Part shown: piece after piece, positions 7,624 through 15,133 of the stretch
Position numbering within the stretch: the first letter of the stretch is position 1
How the letters are laid out: each line of letters begins with the position of its first letter
IMG/VR virus record: IMGVR_UViG_3300006924_000001
DNA: 20,000 nucleotides
Source of the DNA: an uncultured virus (IMG/VR IMGVR_UViG_3300006924_000001)
Lineage: Duplodnaviria > Heunggongvirae > Uroviricota > Caudoviricetes
Direction: 5' to 3' (one strand)
Position numbers and translations under genes: made by a program
Notes under the pieces: model-generated
The model's input: only the letters and a program-made list of their open reading frames with translations
Told to the model about the DNA's origin: nothing
Database searches by the model: none

Positions 7624-8459
7624 AGATAGGTACTTGGCTCTTTTCTCCAACAGACAAATTATCAGTATCTTTCTATTACCCTTACAGTAAAAAGAGATAC
7701 GCCACAAAATCAGCGTCGTACATCTTTCAACCGTACTTCGGAATCGACACGCCGAGTGGCGAAGTCATACTACACGGCAAGAGAGCCTTGTGGTCCCTAC
7801 TCGACGCACTGTTCCCCGACGACCCGCTACCACGCATACCTATCAACAACGACTTGAAGCACCCCACGATGGGGAAGGTCGTGCTAAACGGGCTACTGCA
7901 AGACCCTACTGCATGGCCCCACCTTCGATTACAAATACGAGATGGGGATTGGGTTGACCACCAAGCCCACCCGACTAAAGGAACATTTTGTTTGAGCGCA
8001 TCGCCAAGTGCATCGGAGATTGACATTACCCCTAATCTTCTGCTACTCGCAGGGGAATACAAAAATTCGTACAGTATTCCCTTAACTTTTCAAACGAGAA
8101 CGAGAATAAAAACAGTTCCCGCAATAGTGATTACTTTACCGGAAGACGAAAATTACAAAGTCGTAATAATGGATAGTATTGGGGGAAACCATGTTATCTT
8201 TTCGGTTATCGAAAAAGAGGGGTCCGGTTTCCGACCACAAAGGCACGATACCTTTCCTGTTTCGGGACTTGAAAAAATGACTGAAAATATCGGGGAAAGG
8301 TTGGATTTACTTTCCACAATCTTCCGTAGTAATTTTGTATTCCCTCAATTGAAACCTTTGGGTAACGGAATGAGGTTTGTCGAGAGGGATGATTTAGAGT
8401 TCCGAAGGTTCCAATCGTGCAATTCTTTTTCCTCTTTGAGCGACTCACTGAAAGAATAA
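7620..8459 (+). CDS. Hypothetical protein
   Basis: 279 aa ORF with AGGTGA SD and ATGA overlap. The 3' half is more AT-rich than the rest of the window. Confidence 0.7.
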   Translation: MKIGTWLFSPTDKLSVSFYYPYSKKRYATKSASYIFQPYFGIDTPSGEVILHGKRALWSLLDALFPDDPLPRIPINNDLKHPTMGKVVLNGLLQDPTAWPHLRLQIRDGDWVDHQAHPTKGTFCLSASPSASEIDITPNLLLLAGEYKNSYSIPLTFQTRTRIKTVPAIVITLPEDENYKVVIMDSIGGNHVIFSVIEKEGSGFRPQRHDTFPVSGLEKMTENIGERLDLLSTIFRSNFVFPQLKPLGNGMRFVERDDLEFRRFQSCNSFSSLSDSLKE

Positions 8460-8613
8460 AACGCTACACTGCGAGCCTGTTTTCTAATTCTTTCATTACT
8501 TCATAGGTATTTCAGTAAAGGCTTCCTATCTTAGTTAATACTTCTTTTCTTAAACCTCTATGAAACAAAAAAAGAATTAACACATTTGGGCGCAGTACAG
8601 CGTTTATTTCTTT
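8451..8613. repeat. Long imperfect inverted repeat around an AT-rich spacer; candidate replication origin
   Basis: 8451-8473 matches the reverse complement of 8591-8613 at 19/23. 8485-8506 matches the reverse complement of 8558-8579 at 18/22. Both pairs are symmetric about 8532, with 11-nt gaps on each side. Confidence 0.8.
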
Positions 8614-8640
8614 TTCGGATTCTCAAATCAACAAAAACAA

Positions 8641-8652
8641 AGCCCTTATAAC
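8641..8652 (+). promoter_or_regulatory. TATA-box promoter, probably leaderless
   Basis: CCCTTATAAC lies about 28 nt upstream of ATG 8674, with no SD in between. Confidence 0.6.
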
Positions 8653-8673
8653 CCTACATACCCACCACAAGAT

Positions 8674-9090
8674 ATGGGCAAGCGAAACAACAACCGACTG
8701 GCGGAGAGGGTATGGTCATTCTTGATTAACCACGACGACGCCATGACCACCACATCTATCCACAAGCACCTCACCAATGTGTACGGTGTTCGTGACATAC
8801 CAAAGCAACAGACTTTGACCCAAGTCCTTCTCCAATCTCGTATGTTCAAGAGGGTCGGATGGTTCAACGAGTCCACCAACCAAACCCATCCCTTCACCGG
8901 AAGTATGAGCGCACTGAACCGAGCCACCGGCATTCCAAGCACCAACCTTGTGTGCATCTTAGAGGCCCGTACAATGGAAGAAGTATGCAAACCCTACCTC
9001 GACCCCACTGCTTCACCTCTTCGCCGCTTAGACCGTATGCCAGCGTTTGTACGAAGGCATGTCGAAACCCTACGAGGTGAGTCCCAATGA
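8674..9090 (+). CDS. Putative winged-helix DNA-binding protein (DUF3860-like)
   Basis: NNRLAERVWSFLINHDDAMTTTSIHKHL...IPKQQTLTQVLLQSRMFKRVG fits the DUF3860-type pattern (TTxQLGNVLSKxxxxxKVG, from memory). Confidence 0.7.
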   Translation: MGKRNNNRLAERVWSFLINHDDAMTTTSIHKHLTNVYGVRDIPKQQTLTQVLLQSRMFKRVGWFNESTNQTHPFTGSMSALNRATGIPSTNLVCILEARTMEEVCKPYLDPTASPLRRLDRMPAFVRRHVETLRGESQ

Positions 9091-9845
9091 AGATGATGCA
9101 AACCTTCCGTGACATTGACATTTTCCTCAACGACGGCACTAAAAAGATTAACGCCACAAATACTTTCATCTATGTCGAAGGTGAGTACGGTTTCATCCCT
9201 CTCATTTGTGGCAAGGCCGTTGAAGCGAAGGGTTACGAGATTGGCGAGATGGCATCGAGGTATCAAAATGTCGAATCGTTCAACCGCTTCCCAAAACCAA
9301 ACCTCCCAACATGGCGAATCACCCAAGTCAATGAAGATACTGTTTTTATCGCTATAACTAATTGGTTCCCGAACAGTGACGGACAAGGAGAGCCGAACCC
9401 CACCCTTTGGAGTAACTCGTACCCAGCCATGAAGTCCTTGCTCACTTGGCTACAACAGAACGGATGCAAGAAGGTGACCACCTTGACCAGCATGAACATC
9501 CTCGACGCAGAACAGAACCCTTCGGTCCATGTGCATGAGTCGCATCACGGTTGGCAATCCAAGTACGACGAAGACCACGAATCATACCTCGCCCTCCCTG
9601 CTTGGTCATTCCCGTGGCTCGCAGACAAAATGGGTATGTACGGTCGATGCGTTGTCACCAGTCAAGACGAAGGACAGTTCATTGACTACGACGCACTTGC
9701 CAAGACACAGATTTGGTTGGCATTGCAAGGTATCGAATGGGACACCGATGTTATGGGCGCAACAATCAAGATGTTGAATAGTGTCGAAACGGAACTTTCA
9801 AGTCAAGGCTTCGATGAGGATGGTTCGATGGGGGAGTTCCAATGA
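9087..9845 (+). CDS. PAC2-family (proteasome assembly chaperone PbaA/PbaB-like) protein
   Basis: Motif order fits PAC2: YVEGEYGFIPLI, EIGEMAS, PTWRI, YPAMKSLLTWLQQNGCKKVTTLTSM, and C-terminal GIEWDTDVM..helix. GAGGTGA SD. Divergent. Confidence 0.6.
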   Translation: MKMMQTFRDIDIFLNDGTKKINATNTFIYVEGEYGFIPLICGKAVEAKGYEIGEMASRYQNVESFNRFPKPNLPTWRITQVNEDTVFIAITNWFPNSDGQGEPNPTLWSNSYPAMKSLLTWLQQNGCKKVTTLTSMNILDAEQNPSVHVHESHHGWQSKYDEDHESYLALPAWSFPWLADKMGMYGRCVVTSQDEGQFIDYDALAKTQIWLALQGIEWDTDVMGATIKMLNSVETELSSQGFDEDGSMGEFQ

Positions 9846-11176
9846 CGCAGATTATTGACCGAATACTTAACTTCGCAAAGGCGAACTATTATGTCGATGT
9901 TGAAGACAAAATCCCAATCTTTGTCACTTCGATTGGCGCACACATTTTCAACGCAATCAACAAGTGTAGCCGATGCGACTTCGACCCGTTGCACAACGCA
10001 GACTTCAACATCCCCACCTGCCCCTTGCGACATTCCTTCGCACCGATTTACACGCCAATGTCACAATTGGCAGACACACGAGTTCACATCTTGATGCGTG
10101 GTGAGAAGGGTTCCGGTAAAAGTATGCTCATCAATATGTTTCTCGCAGAAGGCACCGGACTACTTTACACCCCAACGGCGTTTGAAGATGGTTCCGGATT
10201 CCGGACAATGCTCGGCCCTAACTCAATCACCGAAGCCGGTATGTTCGGCTCGGTTGACGAAGATGGAAACATCGTCGGTCGCCCTCTCGCTCGTGACATG
10301 TGTGGCGGATTCCTCGGCTTTGAAGAATCGTCTTCGCTCACCGATGCAAACAAGAAAGACCACAGCGTTGACATGAAGAACCAGTTACTTACCTCCCTCG
10401 ACAACGGTCGTGTTGAGAAGGCCATGCGAAGCGGAAGGGTTCGTTACAATACTCGTTATACTATGTGGGGAGGTACTCAACCTTCACGCCTTGAGATGGA
10501 GTCCGGTCTTGACCGAAGACTGTTCATCATCGACATTGAGATGAGTCCGGAGAAAGAGGCGGCGTACAAGACGGCGCAACACAAGCAGGTCAACATGACC
10601 CGTGAAGACCGAGCAATTCTTGCCGAAGAAGTAATCCACATTCGGAATTGGATTAACACACGGATGCTCGACGCAATCTTCGACCCGCCGAGCGGAGTTC
10701 ACTTTTCCGACGAGTTAGGTGCTTGGTTGGACCGACCCGACATTCGTTCTTTTGAGTCCGACCTGTTCCGAAGAATCGCAATCGGCTACGCCATGATGTG
10801 TGACAATTGGGTGGGCAACCAAGTCCTCAAGATTGCTCTTGACGAAAAATTACTCAAGATTCTTGAGGCCGCTCTTGTCATGCGACGGTCGGTTATGGAT
10901 TCCGACGCACGACTCATCAAGGATGCGTTTTGGATGCAAGACATTACCAAGTCCACCTTGCTCAAGGAAATCGCTCGTATCATCACCCGTGGTGACTACA
11001 CAGCGGCGAAGCGATGGATTGACGACAACCTCGTCAACCAACCGTGGTACTGTGAATATACCCCCAAGACTAAGGGGCGAGGTCGCAAGGGTGTCATGTG
11101 TCGAATCGGTACCATGACCGACCCAGCACAAGTCGTACAGAAGTGGGGAGGTGAATCTGATGAGAAGTCAGCGTGA
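9842..11176 (+). CDS. MCM-like AAA+ ATPase (putative replicative helicase, short form)
   Basis: Walker A GEKGSGKS; SITEAGMFGSV (cf. MCM S[ST]xAGL); Walker B-like GGFLGFEE; LLTSLDNGRVEKAMRSGRVRYNTRYTMWGGTQP (cf. MCM EAMEQQTISIAKAG..LNARTSILAAANP); Arg finger LDRR. Confidence 0.75.
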   Translation: MTQIIDRILNFAKANYYVDVEDKIPIFVTSIGAHIFNAINKCSRCDFDPLHNADFNIPTCPLRHSFAPIYTPMSQLADTRVHILMRGEKGSGKSMLINMFLAEGTGLLYTPTAFEDGSGFRTMLGPNSITEAGMFGSVDEDGNIVGRPLARDMCGGFLGFEESSSLTDANKKDHSVDMKNQLLTSLDNGRVEKAMRSGRVRYNTRYTMWGGTQPSRLEMESGLDRRLFIIDIEMSPEKEAAYKTAQHKQVNMTREDRAILAEEVIHIRNWINTRMLDAIFDPPSGVHFSDELGAWLDRPDIRSFESDLFRRIAIGYAMMCDNWVGNQVLKIALDEKLLKILEAALVMRRSVMDSDARLIKDAFWMQDITKSTLLKEIARIITRGDYTAAKRWIDDNLVNQPWYCEYTPKTKGRGRKGVMCRIGTMTDPAQVVQKWGGESDEKSA

Positions 11177-11783
11177 GATTGAACAACGACTTGCCAGCGA
11201 AGGCAACGCATTGAACATCGAAACCCTGCGCTGGGTTCTTGATACTCCCGAATGCCCCATGTGTGGTATCTCAACCCGAAAAGAACTTGAGGTCGAAATC
11301 CATGTGGGCGATGTGAGTACCTCGTATCTTGAAGAGAAGTATTCGTGGCCTGTTGGCACTGTTATGGAACACATGGATAACCATGTGGACTACGACCCCG
11401 AAGAGGCGAAGCACATGGAAGCCATGCGCTATGAGTCCATCAACACACTCGATGCGGCACAGGACATTGTGAGCAGGCTTCTCGGTTGGCTCGATGAACT
11501 TGAGTCGATGAAGGACAGTCAAGGTGGCATCACTTCCGAGTGGGTCACCGACGCCGCAAAATTAGTGGCCCAAGCAAACACTTCCCTCCGACTCGTCGGA
11601 CAATTGAAGAAAGAGATTGGGGTTGACTCTCAATTATTGTTAGCGCAAAAACAAATGGATGGCGTCATGGGTGTGCTTGTGAACACCCTCCGTGACGAGC
11701 CTAAATTGCTTGACATGATTGAGTTACAGGTTGCCGCTTTGAAGCCGCCTACACACACCGTTGATGTGGATTGGGAGGATTGA
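11160..11783 (+). CDS. Zn-binding HTH protein (CxxC-HTH-HxxxH) with helical C-terminus
   Basis: CPMC...STSYLEEKYSWPVGTVMEHMDNH followed by amphipathic helices. Start ATG 11160 after GGAGGTGA. Confidence 0.75.
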   Translation: MRSQREIEQRLASEGNALNIETLRWVLDTPECPMCGISTRKELEVEIHVGDVSTSYLEEKYSWPVGTVMEHMDNHVDYDPEEAKHMEAMRYESINTLDAAQDIVSRLLGWLDELESMKDSQGGITSEWVTDAAKLVAQANTSLRLVGQLKKEIGVDSQLLLAQKQMDGVMGVLVNTLRDEPKLLDMIELQVAALKPPTHTVDVDWED

Positions 11784-11785
11784 GC

Positions 11786-12067
11786 ATGGAGTGGAGAAAG
11801 GGTCCGAAGAACAGCCTCTATGCTCGTCGCATTCAGCGTTCCGAGTACCCGCAGTTAATCGCCGCCATGATGGAGCATGGTACCATGTGTTTGATTACAG
11901 ACAAGGGTTTGGTTTGGTACTACGGACCCTATGTTATCCAAAGTATTGTTGTCCGAAAAGTATGGGGTATCAGTCACGCTCAAATGCAACGCTTGAAGAC
12001 TCACATACTGGAACAAGACCCGTGGGGAGGTACGGAGTATGCAGGGCATCGTTATCTTGACGAGTGA
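11786..12067 (+). CDS. Hypothetical protein
   Basis: GGGAGG SD before ATG 11786. Confidence 0.7.
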   Translation: MEWRKGPKNSLYARRIQRSEYPQLIAAMMEHGTMCLITDKGLVWYYGPYVIQSIVVRKVWGISHAQMQRLKTHILEQDPWGGTEYAGHRYLDE

Positions 12068-12713
12068 TGAACGAGCGTATCGGGTCGGCAATGTTGTCGA
12101 AACCCGTGGTATCGAGTTCCCACCCGTCGCTCCAAACACAACATACATCATTCACGGTGTTAAGGTCACCGAAAAAGAAATCAAGCGGTGGACCGATGTT
12201 GTTTCGTATCGGATGGTTTTCGTTATTGACAAGTTACCTAAATTGTCAAAGAAAATTAAGGAAGAAATAATCGTGGACAAGAGTCTTAAGGCTGGGTCCA
12301 CTGGATTCAAGCGGGAAGTGGACATGATGTTTCGTTGGGACAACCGTACTCGTGTGTTCACAGAAATGGGCAAGAACCCAATACCTATACCTCTCGCATT
12401 GTCTTTCCTACGCAAGAATAGGGTTGAGGAAATAGAACTTTGGAGATTGTTATCACAGACCAAGTTCACCCTACCGGCGATGTACACCGAAGCCCTTTTC
12501 GCATACGCTGTGCGACCACGGAGAGGTATGTGGCAGTGGCCGAGTAAGTCTGTGAAACACGAATCTCCACCCGACGGCTTCCGAGAAAGTGATAAGTATT
12601 GGCGCAACATTATTGCTCTCGATGTTGAAACAAGAAACGAACTGCGAGAGAAGGGCGGACCACTCCCGAAGGATGTGAAAAAGAAATCGGAGGCAAGGGT
12701 CGAATGGCTGTGA
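12039..12713 (+). CDS. Hypothetical basic protein
   Basis: 224 aa ORF with GGAGG/GGAG SD, within the operon. Confidence 0.75.
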   Translation: MQGIVILTSDERAYRVGNVVETRGIEFPPVAPNTTYIIHGVKVTEKEIKRWTDVVSYRMVFVIDKLPKLSKKIKEEIIVDKSLKAGSTGFKREVDMMFRWDNRTRVFTEMGKNPIPIPLALSFLRKNRVEEIELWRLLSQTKFTLPAMYTEALFAYAVRPRRGMWQWPSKSVKHESPPDGFRESDKYWRNIIALDVETRNELREKGGPLPKDVKKKSEARVEWL

Positions 12714-12928
12714 TGGATGTTCTTGTTTTCATTATTTTCTTTGCTTCTCTTGGATTCAACGGTTACTTGATGATGAGAGTTATTGAACTTCAAATCATGT
12801 ACGGCCACGCTCCCCGACTGAATAGTGTCGGTGTACCCAACCCGTACCAACCTGCTCACATGGAAGCGGCTCAACGGGCCGAGGAAGCGGCGGTCGTTAT
12901 GGATGCGCTGATGTGGTATGACTCATAA
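12704..12928 (+). CDS. Small membrane protein (single N-terminal TM helix)
   Basis: Hydrophobic stretch VLVFIIFFASLGFNGYLMM. Start could be 12704, 12710 or 12713. Confidence 0.7.
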   Translation: MAVMDVLVFIIFFASLGFNGYLMMRVIELQIMYGHAPRLNSVGVPNPYQPAHMEAAQRAEEAAVVMDALMWYDS

Positions 12929-12942
12929 CTGTTGAGGCAACA

Positions 12943-12950
12943 TTAAATAA
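12943..12950 (+). promoter_or_regulatory. TATA-box promoter, probably leaderless
   Basis: Intergenic TTAAATAA 29 nt before ATG 12972, with no clear SD. Confidence 0.5.
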
Positions 12951-12971
12951 ATCACTTGCTTGGGACCAACC

Positions 12972-13376
12972 ATGAGCGCAACGAATCGTCGTGTGCGACG
13001 AGCCATTCTCGAAATACTTTGGGAAGGCGGACCAATGACGAAAGAAGATGTTGCCGTCGCTCTCGGAGAAAAGAAAGGGGTGAACCACATCCCTTCGCCT
13101 CACTCGCTTTCCGCACTACTGTGCAAGTCCCATTCGGTTATCACGGTCGGCAAGCGCAAGGTCGAGAATATCCTCGGCCACCGTTCGTCGCATTCGTTAT
13201 ACGACTTGGACCGTGAAGTAGTATTGTCGAAAGACGAAATCAAGTTCATCCGTGAACCTTCGACCATGACTCCAACGGAGCGCAGACAAGCCGTGAAGTG
13301 TGTGGCTTGTGGTCGAACTCGCATCTTTCCTCCGAACTCCGAGGAATGTTTGCATTGTGGTCGAATATCCGTTTAG
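12972..13376 (+). CDS. Winged-helix (DUF3860-like) plus C-terminal Zn-ribbon protein
   Basis: NRRVRRAILEILWEGGPMTKEDVAVAL...IPSPHSLSALLCKSHSVITVG...LYDL, then CVACG...CLHCG. Confidence 0.75.
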   Translation: MSATNRRVRRAILEILWEGGPMTKEDVAVALGEKKGVNHIPSPHSLSALLCKSHSVITVGKRKVENILGHRSSHSLYDLDREVVLSKDEIKFIREPSTMTPTERRQAVKCVACGRTRIFPPNSEECLHCGRISV

Positions 13377-13429
13377 TCGGGCCACCACAACCTTTATAAG
13401 CCCAGCCGTCTATGTATATTTAGAGGCAG
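13372..13429 (+). promoter_or_regulatory. Conserved viral promoter repeat, copy 4 (variant)
   Basis: TTTAGTCGGGCCACCACAACC-TTTATAAG (13393)-...-ATTTAGAGGCAG (13418). In register with copy 1 (offset 13084). Lacks the downstream CCGAC. Its TAG is the stop codon of the upstream gene. Confidence 0.8.
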
Positions 13430-13433
13430 GGAG

Positions 13434-13658
13434 ATGCGAGCCAAGACAGTACCACATGTTGAATACGAGATTTTGAAAGAGGTGTTGAATAACATACCTC
13501 TCGATGAAGTCGAGGATAACATGGTTGACTGTCCGGTGACCGAGAAGCGTTTCACAACAGCGGCCAAGAATGTCGCTGGTTTGATTCGCAACCTTATGAC
13601 CCGACGCCAGCATCGCCTGCCTCCCACACACAAGGATTACAAACAAAAGGAGGAATGA
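13434..13658 (+). CDS. Small hypothetical protein
   Basis: First gene after promoter copy 4. ATGA overlap with the next gene. Confidence 0.75.
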   Translation: MRAKTVPHVEYEILKEVLNNIPLDEVEDNMVDCPVTEKRFTTAAKNVAGLIRNLMTRRQHRLPPTHKDYKQKEE

Positions 13659-14095
13659 AACACATGAACACAAACACAGAAAAACCGCTACACGCCTTTT
13701 CCGGCCAACGCTCGGATGTCGCTTTTATTTGCGGGGAATGCTTTACACCAATGACCTGTGACCACGGTCCGACTTGTAGCCACGATAAACTTTCGATACT
13801 CAACCCGATTATCACATGGGAGAATGTCGATGATTGGTGCGACGCCCTTGCCAGCAATTTTGCGCTTGGTCAAGGTGACCATCTTAGTGATGCTCGCCGC
13901 TTGTCACAATTCTTGCTACACCACACTCAAGCACTTTCGGACTTGAGTCGAATGTATCAATTGTCAAATTCGCCACATGTAACGGTGTCACACTTGGCTA
14001 TGGACAGGTCTAAATTGCGTATGCTCGAAATGTCCATGAGCCAAAAGGTGAGTCGAATCCAGTCCATGATTCAATTTGGGGTGATTGTCCAATGA
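13655..14095 (+). CDS. Hypothetical protein with N-terminal Cys/His cluster
   Basis: CGEC...CDHGPTCSH. AGGAGG SD. Start 13655 or 13664. Confidence 0.75.
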   Translation: MKHMNTNTEKPLHAFSGQRSDVAFICGECFTPMTCDHGPTCSHDKLSILNPIITWENVDDWCDALASNFALGQGDHLSDARRLSQFLLHHTQALSDLSRMYQLSNSPHVTVSHLAMDRSKLRMLEMSMSQKVSRIQSMIQFGVIVQ

Positions 14096-14712
14096 GTCTT
14101 CCCGCAATACATTACAACACCTACACACAGGAAATCAAGCATCCTAAGCCGTGGCAATTGGATGAAGACGGTAAGCCGAATGTCAACGAGTTCATCATCA
14201 GCGACCCTTGCTACTACATCAAGGACTCGGAATGGTATGACTTCTGTGATGCGTGGGAAGCCGCAAGAATGAGTCAAGGTTACGGCTCCAACCATTTCAA
14301 GTGGAAAGGTTTCAACCTCGTTATCCAATCGACGGGTGGCGACGGTTCATGGGAATACTCCGGCTTGGGACAGAAGGCTTGGCACTGTGCTGGCAACAGT
14401 CATTGTGCTGACACAGCATCTATTTGTTGCATCCCCTTTGCTCTTTGCGACACGAACCCTTTGGAGGGCTATGTGGGTACAGGTATCATCGGTCACACTA
14501 ACTACGGCATGAGGGGTTATCCCGAAATCACTTGTGAGGGTGCTTACACCGGAGTCGGCGAACCATTTGCTATTGACGGAATAGTACAGAAGGGCTACAC
14601 TCATTGTTGTGGTCAATATGTCGATGATGAACAATTTGAGTGGTGCGACAACGGCTCATGTGAAGGTTGTCAAATGTGCTTTGAATGCGATTGTGAGGGT
14701 GATGAAGAATGA
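14092..14712 (+). CDS. Hypothetical protein (SDPCY motif, Cys-rich acidic C-terminus)
   Basis: IISDPCYY, STGGDGSW, CADTASICCIP and terminal CC...CDNGSCEGCQMCFECDC. GGGGTGA SD. Confidence 0.8.
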   Translation: MSLPAIHYNTYTQEIKHPKPWQLDEDGKPNVNEFIISDPCYYIKDSEWYDFCDAWEAARMSQGYGSNHFKWKGFNLVIQSTGGDGSWEYSGLGQKAWHCAGNSHCADTASICCIPFALCDTNPLEGYVGTGIIGHTNYGMRGYPEITCEGAYTGVGEPFAIDGIVQKGYTHCCGQYVDDEQFEWCDNGSCEGCQMCFECDCEGDEE

Positions 14713-15131
14713 GCGAAACACGAAGTCCATTCAAGGTCGGCGAGAAATTGACCGTCGCTCAAATCAAGGTGTGTGCTGGTCGTGCGCCTGTCCCCTCCAA
14801 GACCGGTGGGTTCATCATCACCGCAGTGGTGAACACTAATCATTCCAGTGGTGGCTATCTCTTCAACGCCGAGTCGGTTCGCTCCGTCAACGGTCGCAAG
14901 GTCGAAGTCGCTTGGCACCTCATGCACCCACGCCGTCGGGCCAAGAACGGAAACCAAATGGTTTCAAGGAAACAATACTTCTCGGCCTTCCGTGTACTCG
15001 TGCCGGAGGCGGAACAGAAGCCTTATACCCCTCGCAGTGAAAGGCAACATGAAGCCCCTGCGAGCAAAACGCAACCGGCTGGGACACGAAGATACAAAGG
15101 CATCGTACTCGCAGACTTTTTGGAGGAATAA
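14709..15131 (+). CDS. Hypothetical basic protein
   Basis: 140 aa, GAGGGTGA SD, ATGA overlap. Confidence 0.75.
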   Translation: MSETRSPFKVGEKLTVAQIKVCAGRAPVPSKTGGFIITAVVNTNHSSGGYLFNAESVRSVNGRKVEVAWHLMHPRRRAKNGNQMVSRKQYFSAFRVLVPEAEQKPYTPRSERQHEAPASKTQPAGTRRYKGIVLADFLEE

Positions 15132-15133
15132 AT

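Noticed and set aside
8200..8225. ORB-like string (GAAAAAGAGGGGT) inside ORF 7620
   Set aside because: Lacks the TTCCAGTGGAAA core, is single copy and lies in coding sequence.
288..13429. Repeats as a CRISPR or mini-CRISPR array
   Set aside because: Copies are kilobases apart, separated by genes, and contain TATA boxes. There is no repeat-spacer periodicity and no cas gene.
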